Shown: positions 49,701 through 62,390, counted from the stretch's first letter. The stretch: 64,000 nt of DNA from Octopus sinensis (GCF_006345805.1 NC_043003.1:78740001-78804000), one strand, 5' to 3'. Notes: generated from the sequence alone by a model not told the origin. A program made the numbers and translations.

Positions 49701-49969
49701 TTTCACTAACTAACTAAATAAATAAATATATAAATAAATAACTCGTCGTCGCGTCGTCGAAGAAAGACGAACGTGTTATTGGCGTGGAAGTGATCCACAC
49801 ATTTGATTTCATGACCTTCGGTACATATAGAATGAGACATGCATGATCCAGCTATGAAGCTGCAACGGACTGCTGATGACCCGTTTATAATTTTGAGTGG
49901 CGATCCGCTGGTACTGGCGTTGAGATCTACTCAAGTCATCATCATTCGCCTGTTCTCCCAAAACCTAAC

Positions 49970-50201
49970 TCATTTCTTTACTACCCACAAGGGGCTAAAC
50001 ACAGAGAGAACAAACAAGGACAGACAGACGGATTAAGTCGATTATATCGACCTAGTGCGTAACTGGTACTTAATTTATCGACCCCGAAAGGATGCAAGTC
50101 AAAGTCGACCTCGGCGGAATTTGAACTTAGAACGTAACAGCAGACGAAATATCGCTAAGCATTTCGCCCGGCGTGCTAACGTTTCTGCCAGCTCGCCGCC
50201 T
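49970..50201 (-). mobile_element. SINE family S1, full length
   Basis: High similarity to 47087-47320. Confidence 0.92.
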
Positions 50202-50574
50202 AACTAATTAACTAATTAACTAACTAAATGTATGTATGAATGAATAAATAAATAAATAAATAAAGCTGTAACAAAATGGCGATTGAATGTTATTTTTTTT
50301 TATCTGAAAGAATGTATTGTTTACCAAACTTTACTGTAAACTTGTTGAAATGTTATTTCGAGATTTATTAGACCTCTCTTAAGAACCAACCCACTAAAGT
50401 GCTTCATGTAAGGTCGAATTATATTTCATTCTCGCATTTCCTTTAATTCTGCAATGTTAAAACAACAATCTGTTATCTTGCATGTTACCATTTTATTTGA
50501 CTTCCTCTTTTTATTATTATTTTCATCTTATTTTATTTATTATTTTTTTCAAACTTATGTTTTTTCTCCCTTAG

Positions 50575-50723
50575 AATTTGAAGATTACAAATGAACGAAG
50601 AAGTAGGGCGAGGGCAGATATCCGTTGTAGACTCTTCCGTTCTATTACACTATCCAGATGACCATTGCAGTAGTCCAGCTCTCTTTGTGAAAACGCTCTT
50701 GACAACATCCGCTCGCACTGAAA
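50575..50723. other. Candidate exon (strand uncertain)
   Basis: GC-richer unique island. On +, a strong pyrimidine tract/TTAG acceptor and an open frame. On -, a TTTCAG acceptor then CERMLSRAFSQRELDYCNGHLDSVIDGRVYNGYLPSPYFFVHL*. Confidence 0.3.
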
Positions 50724-50952
50724 GTATACCAATTAATCAACCATTTTTGTAATATTTCTTCAACTTAACTTTCCTACTTATCTTTTACTCATTCACTTCT
50801 TACTTCACTTTACATTTCATCAATTCACATTTTATTTTCATCGTGGCAAAGTATACACGGCCTCTGGTGTAACATTTCATGCTTTTCTTTTTGTTTTCTT
50901 TTGTTTTTCTTATATGAAGTGCCTACGAAAGAATCGTTCTTCAAATACTAGG

Positions 50953-50990
<38 letters not shown>

Positions 50991-51001
50991 CATTATTATT
51001 A

Positions 51002-51050
<49 letters not shown>

Positions 51051-51121
51051 CATTATTATTATTATTATTATTATTTATTATTATTATTATATACAATAGC
51101 CATATTAAATATAAGCTTGTC

Positions 51122-51166
<45 letters not shown>

Positions 51167-51274
51167 GCGCGCTTTCTAATTGCTGGAATAATATAACAAA
51201 TGGTCATTTATGCTGCAAAATGCAAAACTATATATGTTTTGGTTATCGGTGCTACTCTGCATATACATTTTCAT

Positions 51275-51421
51275 CGTTGTAAGTAGCTTGCTTTCCAACC
51301 ACATGGTTCCGGGTTCAGTCCCACTGCGTGGCACCTTGGGCAAGTGTCTTCTACTATAGCCTCGGGCTGACCAAAGGCTTGTGAGTGGATTTGGTAGACG
51401 GAAACTGAAAGAAGCCCGTCG

Positions 51422-51474
<53 letters not shown>

Positions 51475-51679
51475 TTGTGTGACTGTGTTTGTCCCCCCCC
51501 CCAACATCGCTTGACAACCGATAGTGGTGTATTTACGTACCCGTAACTTAGTGGTTCGGCAAAAGACACCGATAGAATAAGTACTAGGCCTACAAAGAAT
51601 AAGTCCTGGGATCGATTTGCTCGACTAAAGCGGTGCTCCAGCATGGCCACAGTCAAGTGACTGAAACAAGTAAAAGAGT
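51275..51679 (+). mobile_element. SINE family S2, near full length (followed by another head at 51730-51857)
   Basis: All modules present. Confidence 0.9.
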
Positions 51680-52214
51680 ATCTAAAAACACATTTATTAA
51701 GTTGTAAAGTTTTGTCATACATACACAAGCGCTGGCTGTGTGGTAAGAAGCTTGCTTCCCAACCACATGGTTCCTAGTTCATCCCACTGCGTGGCATCTT
51801 GGGCAAGTGCCTTCTGCTGTAGGCCCGGGCTGACCAAAGCCTTGTGAGTGAATTTGGTCCGTCCTTACGTTCTGAGTTCAAATTCCGCCGATGTCGACTT
51901 TATCTTTCATTCTTTCGGAGTCGATAAAATAAGCACCAATAGAGCACCGGGGTTGATTACATCAACATACACACTCCCTCCAACTTGCTGGCCTTGTATC
52001 AAAATTTGAAACCAGTCATGTCAAATTTCATCTCTTCGGTCGTGTTGTTTTGTGTTAGTTTCTGGCCCTGAAAAACATGTTCAGTAGCAATTAAACCAAA
52101 ATGGAGCGTCTTGATTTAACGTTGTTTGCGCATTTAATTATTCAGACCGTGTTTATGTTTTTCAGTTTTCTTTAACCCTTTCCATATCATATCTCTGACG
52201 AAATATGCTCTCAG

Positions 52215-52395
52215 TTGTGACTAGCAGAATCGTTAGCACGCTGGGCAAAAGGCTTAGCGATATGTCTTCCGGCATTACCACTTGAGTTCTAACTCTGGTG
52301 ACGTCGACTTCAAATTTCAGTGAACACTTGTATTTATGTAATTGACTTAATCCCACCCTTAAAAATTGCTGGTCTTGTGCCAGAATTAGAAACAA
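52215..52395 (+). mobile_element. SINE family S1, diverged
   Basis: GCAGAATCGTTAGCACGCTGGGCAAA head and degenerate body. Confidence 0.7.
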
Positions 52396-53316
52396 TAAAA
52401 CATTAGAAATAATTGAGAATTTGAAAGGATGTAGCAAAATAATTAAGCTTTATCTTGTTACGATTGTGTTTGGAACGTAGGTTAACAAAATGGCTCTAAC
52501 ATTAAATCTTGATGGCAGGTTTAAATTTAAATATAGACACTTTAAAAGGGACGGGTTGTCTGCTTTTTATCATAGAACCAAACTTGTCTCTGGCAGGTTG
52601 CTCTCGAAAAGGTTAAAATTGCTAATAAGATGGCCAAGCAAGCTTATACAATGGAAAACAGATTTTTTTTTTGAATATTTTTATTTATATTTTTATTTTT
52701 ATGAACAATAACATAATTTCCACTCTTCAGAATAATTACTTCTTCTCAGCACGACTATATCAGGCGTGAAAGGAAATGTGGTTGTAATAAAAATAAAAAA
52801 TAAATGTAAATGTAATTGGCGAGTATAAAAAGGAGAATAATCGACGTCTCAAGCCCTTTGTTGAGCTACAGAAAAAAAGAAAATAGAAACAAGGAAAGAA
52901 CAAATTCCACTGATAATGGAGGAAGGAAATGGGTAAGTGGGTGTGTGGTTTGTGGGCAGAGGTGAATAGAGCTGATTTTTTTATCTTTTTTACATACTTT
53001 ATTTGATTCAGTGCATAACTATATTTTTTTCCGGTAGGTGATTGATTGAATAATTACTTGACGCCTCTTACCTACAATGTCTTCATATTCTGGCGTAAAA
53101 CATAATTTTGAAACAAAAAAAGAATCACTAATTACATCACACCATGTCTCAGCGCAACACGTAAAGTATTATCTGCCGGAGAATAAACAGACGTTATTAC
53201 TTTGCGTGTTGCAGCAAACCAATACATAGTCTACAGTAATGTGCGAGTGGTAAAACAACAACAACAACGACGACGACGACGACGACGACGACAACAACAA
53301 TAATAATAATGGTTTC

Positions 53317-53523
53317 AAATTTTTGCAGAAGGCCAGAAATTTCAGGGAAGCGGGTAAGTCGATTACATCGACCATAGTACACAACTAGTGCTTATTTTAT
53401 CGATCTCGAAACGATGAAAAGCAATGTCGATCTCGGCAGAATTTCAACTCAGAACGTGAAGACGGACGAAATGCCGCTAAGCATTTTGCTCGGCATGCTA
53501 ACGATTCTGCCAGCTCGCCGCCT
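53317..53523 (-). mobile_element. SINE family S1
   Basis: Head, B-box, central domain and variant tail. Confidence 0.85.
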
Positions 53524-53546
53524 TAATTAATAATAATATTAATGTT

Positions 53547-55040
53547 TTCTTTATTAATCACAAAGGGTTTACATTAAGAAAAACATTATGGGCAGGGCAG
53601 GACAAAACAAAACATGTGTGTCTGTATGTGTCCAAGTGTGTATAATTGTGAGGGTTTTGTTTGTAAAGATTAACATAATGAAAAAAATTAAATTCAAACA
53701 ATGTGAAATCCTCAATAGGGAGGAGACGTTCGAGAGTTACTCATGGAAAAACCCCATAAAAACCATGGGTACCCTGACTTTTGGGGCAGGTGCTTCGTTA
53801 TCTTTCCTCTTCACCAACTGCAGGGGTATGCTCAGGCAGGCCTGTTCACTCGCACCATTCTCGCCACTGTAATCCACCTTTCAGCAAACTGGTTAGAAGA
53901 CAACACTTCCCTCTCTACCCTATTTTCCTTTTCAAGTTAAATTTGAAGAAGTTGATCAGAGATTGGTCAAAGAGAAAAGTGTTTGTCTTCACCCGCTTCA
54001 GTCTCGTCCACCACACAAATTCTTTCACCATGACCACCAGGCATATAAACACAACCTTTCCTTCTCAGTTAAAGGAAGGCGGTGGGGCGATCTTCACAAA
54101 GGATTTAGTTGATGGCCGGATCCATCCTACACGTGACAGCAGGTGTTCGACATAAACCCAGAAGTCAGTAATGTTCGGACACTGGACGAGTGCATGCAGG
54201 TCCTGTCTCATCATCCTGCGCGCATCTTGGATATGCTCGGCTGACGGCACTTGTGCCTGTATAGTTTATTTAGAATTGGCAAACCTCCCCAGTAGCACTG
54301 CCAGACTAGAGACATCTGGAAGCTATCCATTGGTCCTGGGCCGAAAGTTCTCCCGAAAAGAGCAGCTAGTTGATCTCCGATGCCCAAGGTCTCCCCAATA
54401 GTTGAGAGAAGCACTGTTAAAAGGCTGCACACACGTGTTCACTTTCAAGGAAGCACTAGAGATGTCGTAGCCTCAGTGTATGTCTGTAAATCATCAACCA
54501 CGGAATGCCTAGGCCACCAGGCAGCGGGTGTTGACAGCAGATAGACCACCTGACCGTCGGGACGCGTCCCTTCCACAAGAAGCGGTAGAGTACACGCTCC
54601 ATCGTAATCAGATGATGGCCGGGACAAGGCACGACGGTCATGCGATAGATGACGGATGCGATGTACGCGATCTTTCAGGGATAACTTTCTCTCGGTCCAT
54701 TTCTGGGTGAGAATAGTCACCCTGTTCATTACCTCGTCCCAGTTTTTGTCCATATGGAGGTCCGGACCAACCAGACCCGAGCAATTTAACCGGTCCGACC
54801 GTCCAGTGCCCAATGACGCAGTTATGCGGCATGGATTTGCCGAACCGCAAGCCCATAGATTTTTCCTCGTTAATCATCGCTCTTAAAACCGCCTCGTAGT
54901 CTCTGAGACCGGTGCCGATCATTTCTATGAATTTATGATCCGACATCACTACGATGATGTCGTCGGCATATGCAGACACGCAGCTTCCACATCCTAGGTC
55001 ATGCGGGATGCCTCTCAACGCCTCCAGTTTGTGTAGTAGT
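53547..55040 (-). mobile_element. 5'-truncated L1/Tx1-clade LINE, decayed ORF2
   Basis: CVSAYADDIIV (RT catalytic motif), WDEVMNRV....QKW..RKLSLKDRV, FLWKGRVPTVRWSICCQHPLPGGLGIP (L1/Tx1 signature) and a C-terminal HALVQCP...DFW segment. Multiple frameshifts. Confidence 0.85.
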
Positions 55041-56369
55041 GGCTTTTGTTGCTACAAGTATAACAACTGACCCTTTTGCCCTGCGTCATCAGTCAGATAC
55101 CTATTGTCTTTACTCCCTAAAACGGAAAAAGTTCCCATACTGGCTGGTAATTCTTAAAGGTTATTGGAACGAAAGGTTATTAGTCCATCCTAACCGACCA
55201 TATGTTGCCTCTGGTCACCTGCCCATATTACGATACAAAATCAAGCCAGAGGTTAACAACATTGATCATGATCCAAACTATGACCCTGGTATTTCTCTGC
55301 TCCAAATATTGTACCACAAGTACATGATTGGCGTGTGTGTGTCGTTCTATTAGTTCAGCCTATTTTTTCTCTTTTTACTGATTCATCGATCCTCAAAACA
55401 GTCCAAAGGCCTCGTCATATTCCATAGAAAGAATTTCTCTCGATCTTTTGGGGGATTTCCTTTATTTACTGCTTCGAAGGAAGATGGAAGTCCATCATCT
55501 CCCGTCCGTAGACACGTTAGTTTCCTCTTTTACCACTCCTGAATAAAGTAAAAGATGAGGAAAATTTCCCAGGCAAATTTCTGTTCGGAAACAGCCATGT
55601 CCCAAAACTCATATGGGGGCATTGACAGAGGTAAAACTACCCTCATTACACTGCTGCTATATTTAATATATTTTCTACAATCGATTGCCAACATATTTGT
55701 CTGTGTACGACTGTTGTACTGCTCCTGCCACTACTGCTAAACGAATTATTAAAATTCTTCCAAATATCATTTTTTAAAGTTATTTATGTTGTAAACCGTT
55801 AACACTATGCTGCACAGTTTGTTTCTTTACTGTCTTTGTTTTGGCCATTCTTTTGCTAAATTCATCTTACTAAGTGTTGTAATTTTGGTGGATATTTTGA
55901 CATCAAAGTGTCATCCAAACATAAAAATATCGCTAAAATATCTTTAATGACAAACGCCTTAGATCGCTTTGGGCTCTTAATTCCTGAAGGAATCGTAGGG
56001 GCACCGTTGTGACATCGCTTTACATCTGGCAGAGCCGATTTCTACTTGAAAAATATAGTAACAGAAAACAGAGAGGGGGGAGATGAACGGAGGAGTGTTG
56101 AATCAGTACAGGACTGGTACTTTATTTATCAACTTCGAAAGGATGAAGAATAAAGTTGGTTTCGTCATTTGAATTCAGAGCGTAGAGAGCTGGAACAAAC
56201 AAGGCAATTCATCCAACTGTTCTAACGACCCGATCAAGTCACAATTAGGATTTAAGGGAGATTTGGTAACTATATGTGGTGTTTGTTTTAAGAAACATCT
56301 CTTGGTTTTTTCTTTACCTTTCTTTTTATGGAAGGTCTATAATCATTGAGTTAGTTGACCCCAGCGTAT

Positions 56370-56659
56370 TTTTGTTTGTTTGTTCCTTCTCGAGTCACGC
56401 TTGGGTTTCCCGGTTTCCTTGTCGTATAGATTCACCACCTGGACGGGATGCCGGTCCGTCGCAGGTGAGCTGCAAGATGCAGGAGGAAAGAGTGAGAGAA
56501 AGTTGTGGCGAAAGAGTCAGCAGAAGTTCGCCATTACCTTATGCCGGAGCCGCGTAGAGCTTAGGTATTTCGCTCATAAACCGGTCTGAGATTCGAACCC
56601 GCGATCCTTCGACTGCGAGTCCGCTGCTCTAACCACTACTAGGCCATGCGCCTCCACAT
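56370..56659 (-). mobile_element. SINE, tRNA-Arg-like head A (variant)
   Basis: 10-bp TSD CCCAGCGTAT; related to 39753-40013. Confidence 0.88.
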
Positions 56660-57334
56660 CCCAGCGTATCGTTGGAACTTACTTTAACAACACCTAATGC
56701 ATGCAAAGACGAAGTTTACCACAATGAAAATTGAACTTAGAGCATAGCAGTCGAGTAGGACTAAAAGCCACAATATATTTTCTCTCATATTCTATATATA
56801 TATATTTTTTTATAAGTCACAACTCCACAAATGACATCAATTTTGAAATGCAAGTTTTTTTTTTAATGACACTAAACAACATTAAATTTTGTTAGAACTC
56901 AACCACATATAAAATATTTATCCATATTTCTGCTTCCATAAAATAATAAACAGTAAGAAAGTGTGACAGCTACCGCTTTGATATAATTCATTTTGAAAAT
57001 ATTAAATATATTGCTGACAAATAAATTTCATTCTTAAATATGGAGAAATATAATAGAAAATACCATTTATTTTTATGGACAAGTTAGAATATCGAAAGAT
57101 CTGCTCTCAGACATTCTTCAACTACAGGATGCATTATACTAAATCACAGAACAAATCTATCGATTGTTAGAATCTCTTCGATACTATCTATCATCAGAAA
57201 CTAAATGGGATTCTTTATGAGAAGTTGTCGAAGATGGCGTCATAATAGCAATAGGTAACTGATTTTCTACTAAACTAATTCTATGTTAGAATATGATTTG
57301 ATGTTTGTCCCTAAACACCCTCCACATACACATA

Positions 57335-57365
<31 letters not shown>

Positions 57366-57397
57366 CAACATACACTCTTATATAAAACTATACATGC

Positions 57398-57507
57398 ACG
57401 GTAAGAAATTTGCTTTCTAATCATATAGTTCTGGGTTCAATCCCACTCCGTGGCATCTCGGGCAACTATCTTCTACTATAGCATCGGACACACACATATA
57501 CACACAC

Positions 57508-57557
<50 letters not shown>

Positions 57558-57745
57558 CCTTGGTGCTTGTGTTTGTTCCCCACTGCCGAATAACAATTGG
57601 TGTTGGTGTGTTTACGGTTTAGGCAAGAGAGACTGATACAATAAATACCGGACTTAAATAAAAAGTGAGATCGATTTGTTGCATTAAAATTCTTCAAGGT
57701 GGTGCCCCAGCATGGCCGTAGTCTCATGACTGAAACAAGTAAAAT
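57398..57745 (+). mobile_element. SINE family S2, diverged
   Basis: Degenerate modules with an internal (TG)n. Confidence 0.7.
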
Positions 57746-57864
57746 ATACTTATATATATATAATATGCATACAAATACAGCGTGTATTCAAAAATGTACT
57801 CACATTTTGACTCACCATAATTCATTGAATCAAATTGACCATAATAATGGCGGTGGGTAGGACT

Positions 57865-58247
57865 GGAAGCACTCCGTCGGTTACGACGACGAGGGTTCCG
57901 GTTGATCCGATCAACGGAACAGCCTGCTCGTGAAATTAACGTGTAAGTGGCTGAGCACTCCACAGACACGTGTACCCTTAACGTAGTTCTCGGGGATATT
58001 CAGCGTGACACAGAGAGTGACAAGCCCGGCCCTTTGAAATACAGGTACAACAGAAACAGGAAGTAAGAGTGAGAGAAAGTTGTGGTGAAAGAGTACAGCA
58101 GGGATCACCACCACCCCTGCCGGAGTCTCGTGGAGCTTTAGGTGTTTTCGCTCAATAAACAATCACAACGCCCGGTCTGGGAATCGAAACCGCAATCCTA
58201 CGACCGCGAGTCCGCTGCCCTAACCACTGGGCCATTGCGCCTCCACT
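57865..58247 (-). mobile_element. SINE, tRNA-Arg-like head A plus tail 1
   Basis: 13-bp TSD GGTGGGTAGGACT (57852-57864 and 58248-58260). Confidence 0.93.
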
Positions 58248-58345
58248 GGTGGGTAGGACTAAAGTCTTGAAGGAAGAAAACTTGTCTTAAAGTACTGTTG
58301 GAAGCACGAAAACTTCATTGAAGTGCAAAAACAATTTAGAAGATA

Positions 58346-58569
58346 CATTATTTACATTATTTATATTCGACCGATATTTCTCCTCATCTTATTTGTCCTT
58401 AACACAACGTTTCGGCTGATATACCCTCCAGCCTTCTTCAGGTGTCTTGGGGAAGAAGGCTGGAGGGTGTATGAGCCGAAACGTTGTGTTAACAACAAAC
58501 AAGATGAGGACAAATATCCGTCGAATGTAAATAATGTACATAATTCCTCATCTCTTAAATATAGAACGG
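58346..58569. mobile_element. Palindromic hammerhead-bearing insertion (family H3) with 13-bp TSD
   Basis: Fold-back 58347-58439 / 58452-58544. Flanked by AATTTAGAAGATA at 58333-58345 and 58570-58582. Interrupts the transposase frame. Confidence 0.8.
58401..58446 (-). ncRNA. Minimal type I hammerhead ribozyme motif
   Basis: GACAC-CUGAAGA-A-GGCUG(GAGGGUAUAU)CAGCC-GAAA-CG-UU|GUGUU: 5-bp helix I, 5-bp helix II, palindromic ACGU helix III. Confidence 0.8.
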
Positions 58570-58614
58570 AATTTAGAAGATATTTTCAAAAGAATCCACT
58601 AACGTGACACACCT

Positions 58615-58660
58615 AACACAACGTTTCGGCTGATATACCCTCCAGCCTACTTCAGGTGTC
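58615..58660 (-). ncRNA. Duplicated hammerhead motif with A9U core substitution
   Basis: Same as 58401-58446 but CUGAAGU; lies in the second unit of a ~215-bp tandem duplication (58399-58613 / 58614-58836). Confidence 0.6.
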
Positions 58661-59486
58661 TTGGGGAGGAAGGCTGGAGGGTGTATGAGCTGAAACGTTG
58701 TGTTAACAACAAACAAGATGAGGACAAATATCCGTCGAATGTAAATAATGTAAATAATGTACATAATTCCTCATCTCTTAAATATAGAACGGAATTTAGA
58801 AGATATTTTCAAAAGAATCCACCAACGTGACGCACCATTGCTGGCATCCAAGGTAACTTTGAATCATATGGAACTATGCATAACGTCCACAAGGAGCATT
58901 CAGGAAGACCACGGTCATCAACCAGCCCCGTAAAAGTAAAAACAATTGTTGTAAACCTTCCACCTTTTCCAACAGAAATCTGTATGACAAATGGCTCGGT
59001 AGACAGGAACCCCCAAATCAAGCACTCATCGCATTTTGAAGTGGGTTCATTAGAAATGTTACACTGCAACATTAATCTACGCTCTAAATAAAAGATAATC
59101 TTGACCGGAGAGCTGAATTTTGTAAGTGGTATCTCGGAAAATGCGCGATGCAGCATTTCCATTCAAAAATTTTGAGGCCAGCTTTAAGCTGAATGGCTTA
59201 ACCGACACAATTGCACTTGCTGGGCTCCTAAAAATCTGTATGTTATTATGGAACATCATATGGACTTACCAGGGGTTACAGTGTGTTGGGGGATATCAGC
59301 ATTGGGCTTCCTATTTTATCAAGCTGTCATTGGGGATGTTTCCTTAAACTTGCTGCAAGAATCCGTCGATTCACGTGTCGAAGAGTTGTTCGGTGACGAA
59401 GAGATTTACTTTCAGCAAGATGGAGCACCTTCCAACTACTAACGTGATGTGAGGGCTTATTTCGATGCTATTTTTCTGAACAGATG

Positions 59487-59631
59487 TGCTCAACTGGTAC
59501 TAATTTTATCGGCTCGAAAAGATGAAAGCAAAGTCAACCTCGACGGAATTTGAACTCAGAACGTAAAGATGGACGACATACCGCTAAGCATTTTGCCCTG
59601 CGTGCTAACTATTCTGCCGGCTCGACGCCTT
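59487..59631 (-). mobile_element. SINE family S1, 3'-truncated
   Basis: Head through central domain; abuts the transposase remnant. Confidence 0.8.
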
Positions 59632-59897
59632 TATATAGTTGACATGATTAAAAGTAGTTGGACATGGATTTTGTAGTCTAAAGAATTTTTGTAGACCGTT
59701 GCCGAAAAAAATGTGAGGATGGAACCAGTGAATGGATTCATTTGTTCATAAGCTGATGTCTTGGAGAATGAAAGTTGTTTAGATAATGGTCGAACACATG
59801 AACCAACTTCTGAGAGTAATGTTGTTTGATTGCTCATATTGTTTAATGTGTGGTATAAGACTGAAGGAGAGATAAAGGGAGAGGAAAAGAGAAAGGA

Positions 59898-59930
<33 letters not shown>

Positions 59931-60289
59931 GAGAGAGTGAAAGGGGGAGCATGTGGCCAGCAATATATAAAGAGTATTTTTTTGTTTGTTCTTTGATGGC
60001 TTTAGAGATGGTAATAGTAGCGCGAGACACATAACTTGTCAGAGATTTGAGATTAATGATGAGATGATCAAACACACACTTAACGATAGAAACAAGCGTT
60101 AATTAAACGTTAATTAACCTATTTTACTATTCAACTCTATGACATAATGATATTCTATATAACTAGCCATTTTAGTTTATTATTATTATTATTATTATTG
60201 TTATTATTATTATTATTATTAATGCTGTTTTAGTCGTTGCGGCTGTTGTTGTTGTCTTCGTCGTCGTCGTCGTCATCATCATCATCATT

Positions 60290-60482
60290 AAAGCGGTGAG
60301 CTTGGCAGAATCGTTAGCACGCCGGGCAAAATGCTGTTCTGAGTTCAAATTCCGCCGAGCTCGACTTTGCCTTACATCCTTTCGGGGTCGATAGAATAAG
60401 TACCAGTTGAGTACTGGGGTCGATGTAATCGACGTAACCCCTCCCCCCAAAATTGCTGCCATTGAGGCAAAATTTGAAACCA
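60290..60482 (+). mobile_element. SINE family S1
   Basis: Head, B-box and central domain, embedded in trinucleotide repeats. Confidence 0.85.
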
Positions 60483-60499
60483 TTATTATTATTATTATT

Positions 60500-60532
<33 letters not shown>

Positions 60533-60584
60533 ATTGTTGTTATTGCTGTTGTTGTTGTTGTTCTTCTTCTTCTTCTTCTTCTTC

Positions 60585-60632
<48 letters not shown>
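60482..60632. repeat. (TTA)n/(TTG)n/(TTC)n compound microsatellite
   Basis: Direct reading. Confidence 0.97.
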
Positions 60633-61307
60633 GCCTTGTCATATTGTCGAAGACGGCGTCTTTTGGATTTTTTTTTTATTACATTCATGATGATGAAGTC
60701 AGCTAACTCATTCATTCTTACGTCTTCGTATAATTAAATTCGATTGTTGAAGTTGCATCGAATTTTTTATTTTTAAAATTTTTTTTCTTGTTTCCTAACG
60801 GAAGAAAACGGTGCAAGCGCGAGCTGTAAACTGACTCGACCTAGTAATAACCTTCTCTTGTACCACGTAAATTGCCATGATTCAAAGATATAAAATAGAG
60901 TGGAAAAAAAATTACGATAATTCAATCTTGATTACGTCTGGGAAGCATAAAATAGTTATTGAATTAATTAATGAAGTAATTATATCATATAATTTGATTA
61001 ACCATAAAGCAGCTTGGAGAGGAAAAAGATGAAAAAGAAAAGTATTTTCTTTTGGTAAAGAAGAAAGGAATGAAAGTCTTTTAATTACATCGCATGTTTG
61101 ATATGCTGACCAACATTGGCATTGAGCGATCGAAAATATCAAAGTATCGTTAGAACGGCTTCGAATGTCTTTAGTGTTTTCTTTTTACATGTAGAAACTT
61201 GGAGACAACTATAACTAAAGTGATTTCTAACATAGGCCACAAGACTATCACATCGTTTGTGTGTGTGTGTGTATGTGTGTGTGCGCGTGTGCATGTATAT
61301 AAACGAT

Positions 61308-61619
61308 AAACGTCGCCCTTTTCAAGCCTAACTAGGCTCATGGGCCTGGTTTCCCGGTTTCTGTGACGTATGTGTTCCCCCCAGCTGGACGGGACGCCAG
61401 TCCATCGCAGCGTTACTCAAGAAACAAGAAGAGAGAGAATGAGGGAAAGTTGTGGCGAAAGAGTACAACAGGGGTTGCCACCACCCACTGCCGGAGCGTC
61501 GTGGAGCTTTTTTAAAGTGTTTTCGTTCAATAAACACACACAGCGCCCGGTCTAGGAATCGAAACCCTCATCCTCCGACCGCAAGTCCGCTGCCCTAACC
61601 ACTCGGCCATTGCGCCTTC
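61308..61619 (-). mobile_element. SINE, tRNA-Arg-like head A plus tail 2
   Basis: Head and body as in 41006-41391, tail (GCGATGGACTGGCGTCCCGTCCAGC) as in 18184-18452. Confidence 0.88.
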
Positions 61620-61651
61620 ACGTGTATGTATATACCTGTACCTATACACTA

Positions 61652-61863
61652 CTGGGTGCTGGAAAGTTCCTGGTTTTAAGGGTGTCGTGAAAGACCTGGT
61701 TGGAGGCCCAACCGCCCGAGTTCTTTTACAGGACTTAGAAGAACTGAGAGATCGCTGCAATAAGTGTGTGAATCTTAGAGACGAATACGTTGAATAAAAT
61801 CATTAATTAACTTATCCTCCGGTAGTTTCTTTTACCCAAAGCCAGGAAATTTTCAACAGCTCA
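61652..61863 (+). mobile_element. Mariner-derived MITE
   Basis: TA-flanked imperfect TIRs (GCTGGAAAGTTCCTGGTTTT and the reverse complement GTTGAAAATTTCCTGGCTTT). The interior encodes a mariner C-terminus, LEELRDRCNKCVNLRDEYVE*. Confidence 0.7.
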
Positions 61864-62244
61864 TATATATAGACACACACATGTACACACATATACACAC
61901 AGCCACACGCACGCATGCACACACACACAGATACACACACACACAGAATTCAGAATTTTTGTAATGGTGAATGTTGTCAATTAAATCTACCCAGTACTTG
62001 ATTACTATTTATTTTTTCGAGACCAGAAGGATAAAAAAAAAAAGTAAAGTTTGGGCATTAGCCAAATACTTAAGAGATTATGAGCGCCCCCAAGAGGTCG
62101 CCCCTAAATGGTTATTCGGTCTGCTACAACAACAGCCAAATCTCTCCCAGATCACATAAAAAACAAACGGAAAGATATTTTGGACAGTATAGTCCCAAAT
62201 GCACTATGCTTGAGAAAAAACTGATCATAGATCATAGGCGTAGG

Positions 62245-62387
62245 AATGGCTGTGGTAAGTAGCTTGCTTACGAACCACATAGTTCCGTGTTCAGTCCTAC
62301 TGCGTGGCACGTGTCTTCTACTATAGCCCCGGGCCGACCAAAGCCTTGTGAGTGGATTTGGTAGACGGAAACTGAAAGAAGCCCATC

Positions 62388-62390
<3 letters not shown>
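62245..62390 (+). mobile_element. SINE family S2, head half
   Basis: Ends at the internal (TA)n. Confidence 0.82.

Larger units (their letters stand above)
57778..59486 (+). mobile_element. Tc1/mariner (DD37D/maT-like) element with nested insertions
   Basis: TA|CAGCGTGTATTCAAAA left end. After removing the inserts it reads MAVGRT..LEGRKLVLKYCWKHENFIEVQKQFRRYFQKNPPT*RTI...VHKEHSGRPRSSTSP and later EIYFQQDGAPSNY. The right end was not found. Confidence 0.82.

Noticed and set aside
55385-55541. Minus-strand acceptor plus a 51-codon open frame
   Set aside because: No recognisable protein and adjacent to decayed LINE sequence; too weak to call.
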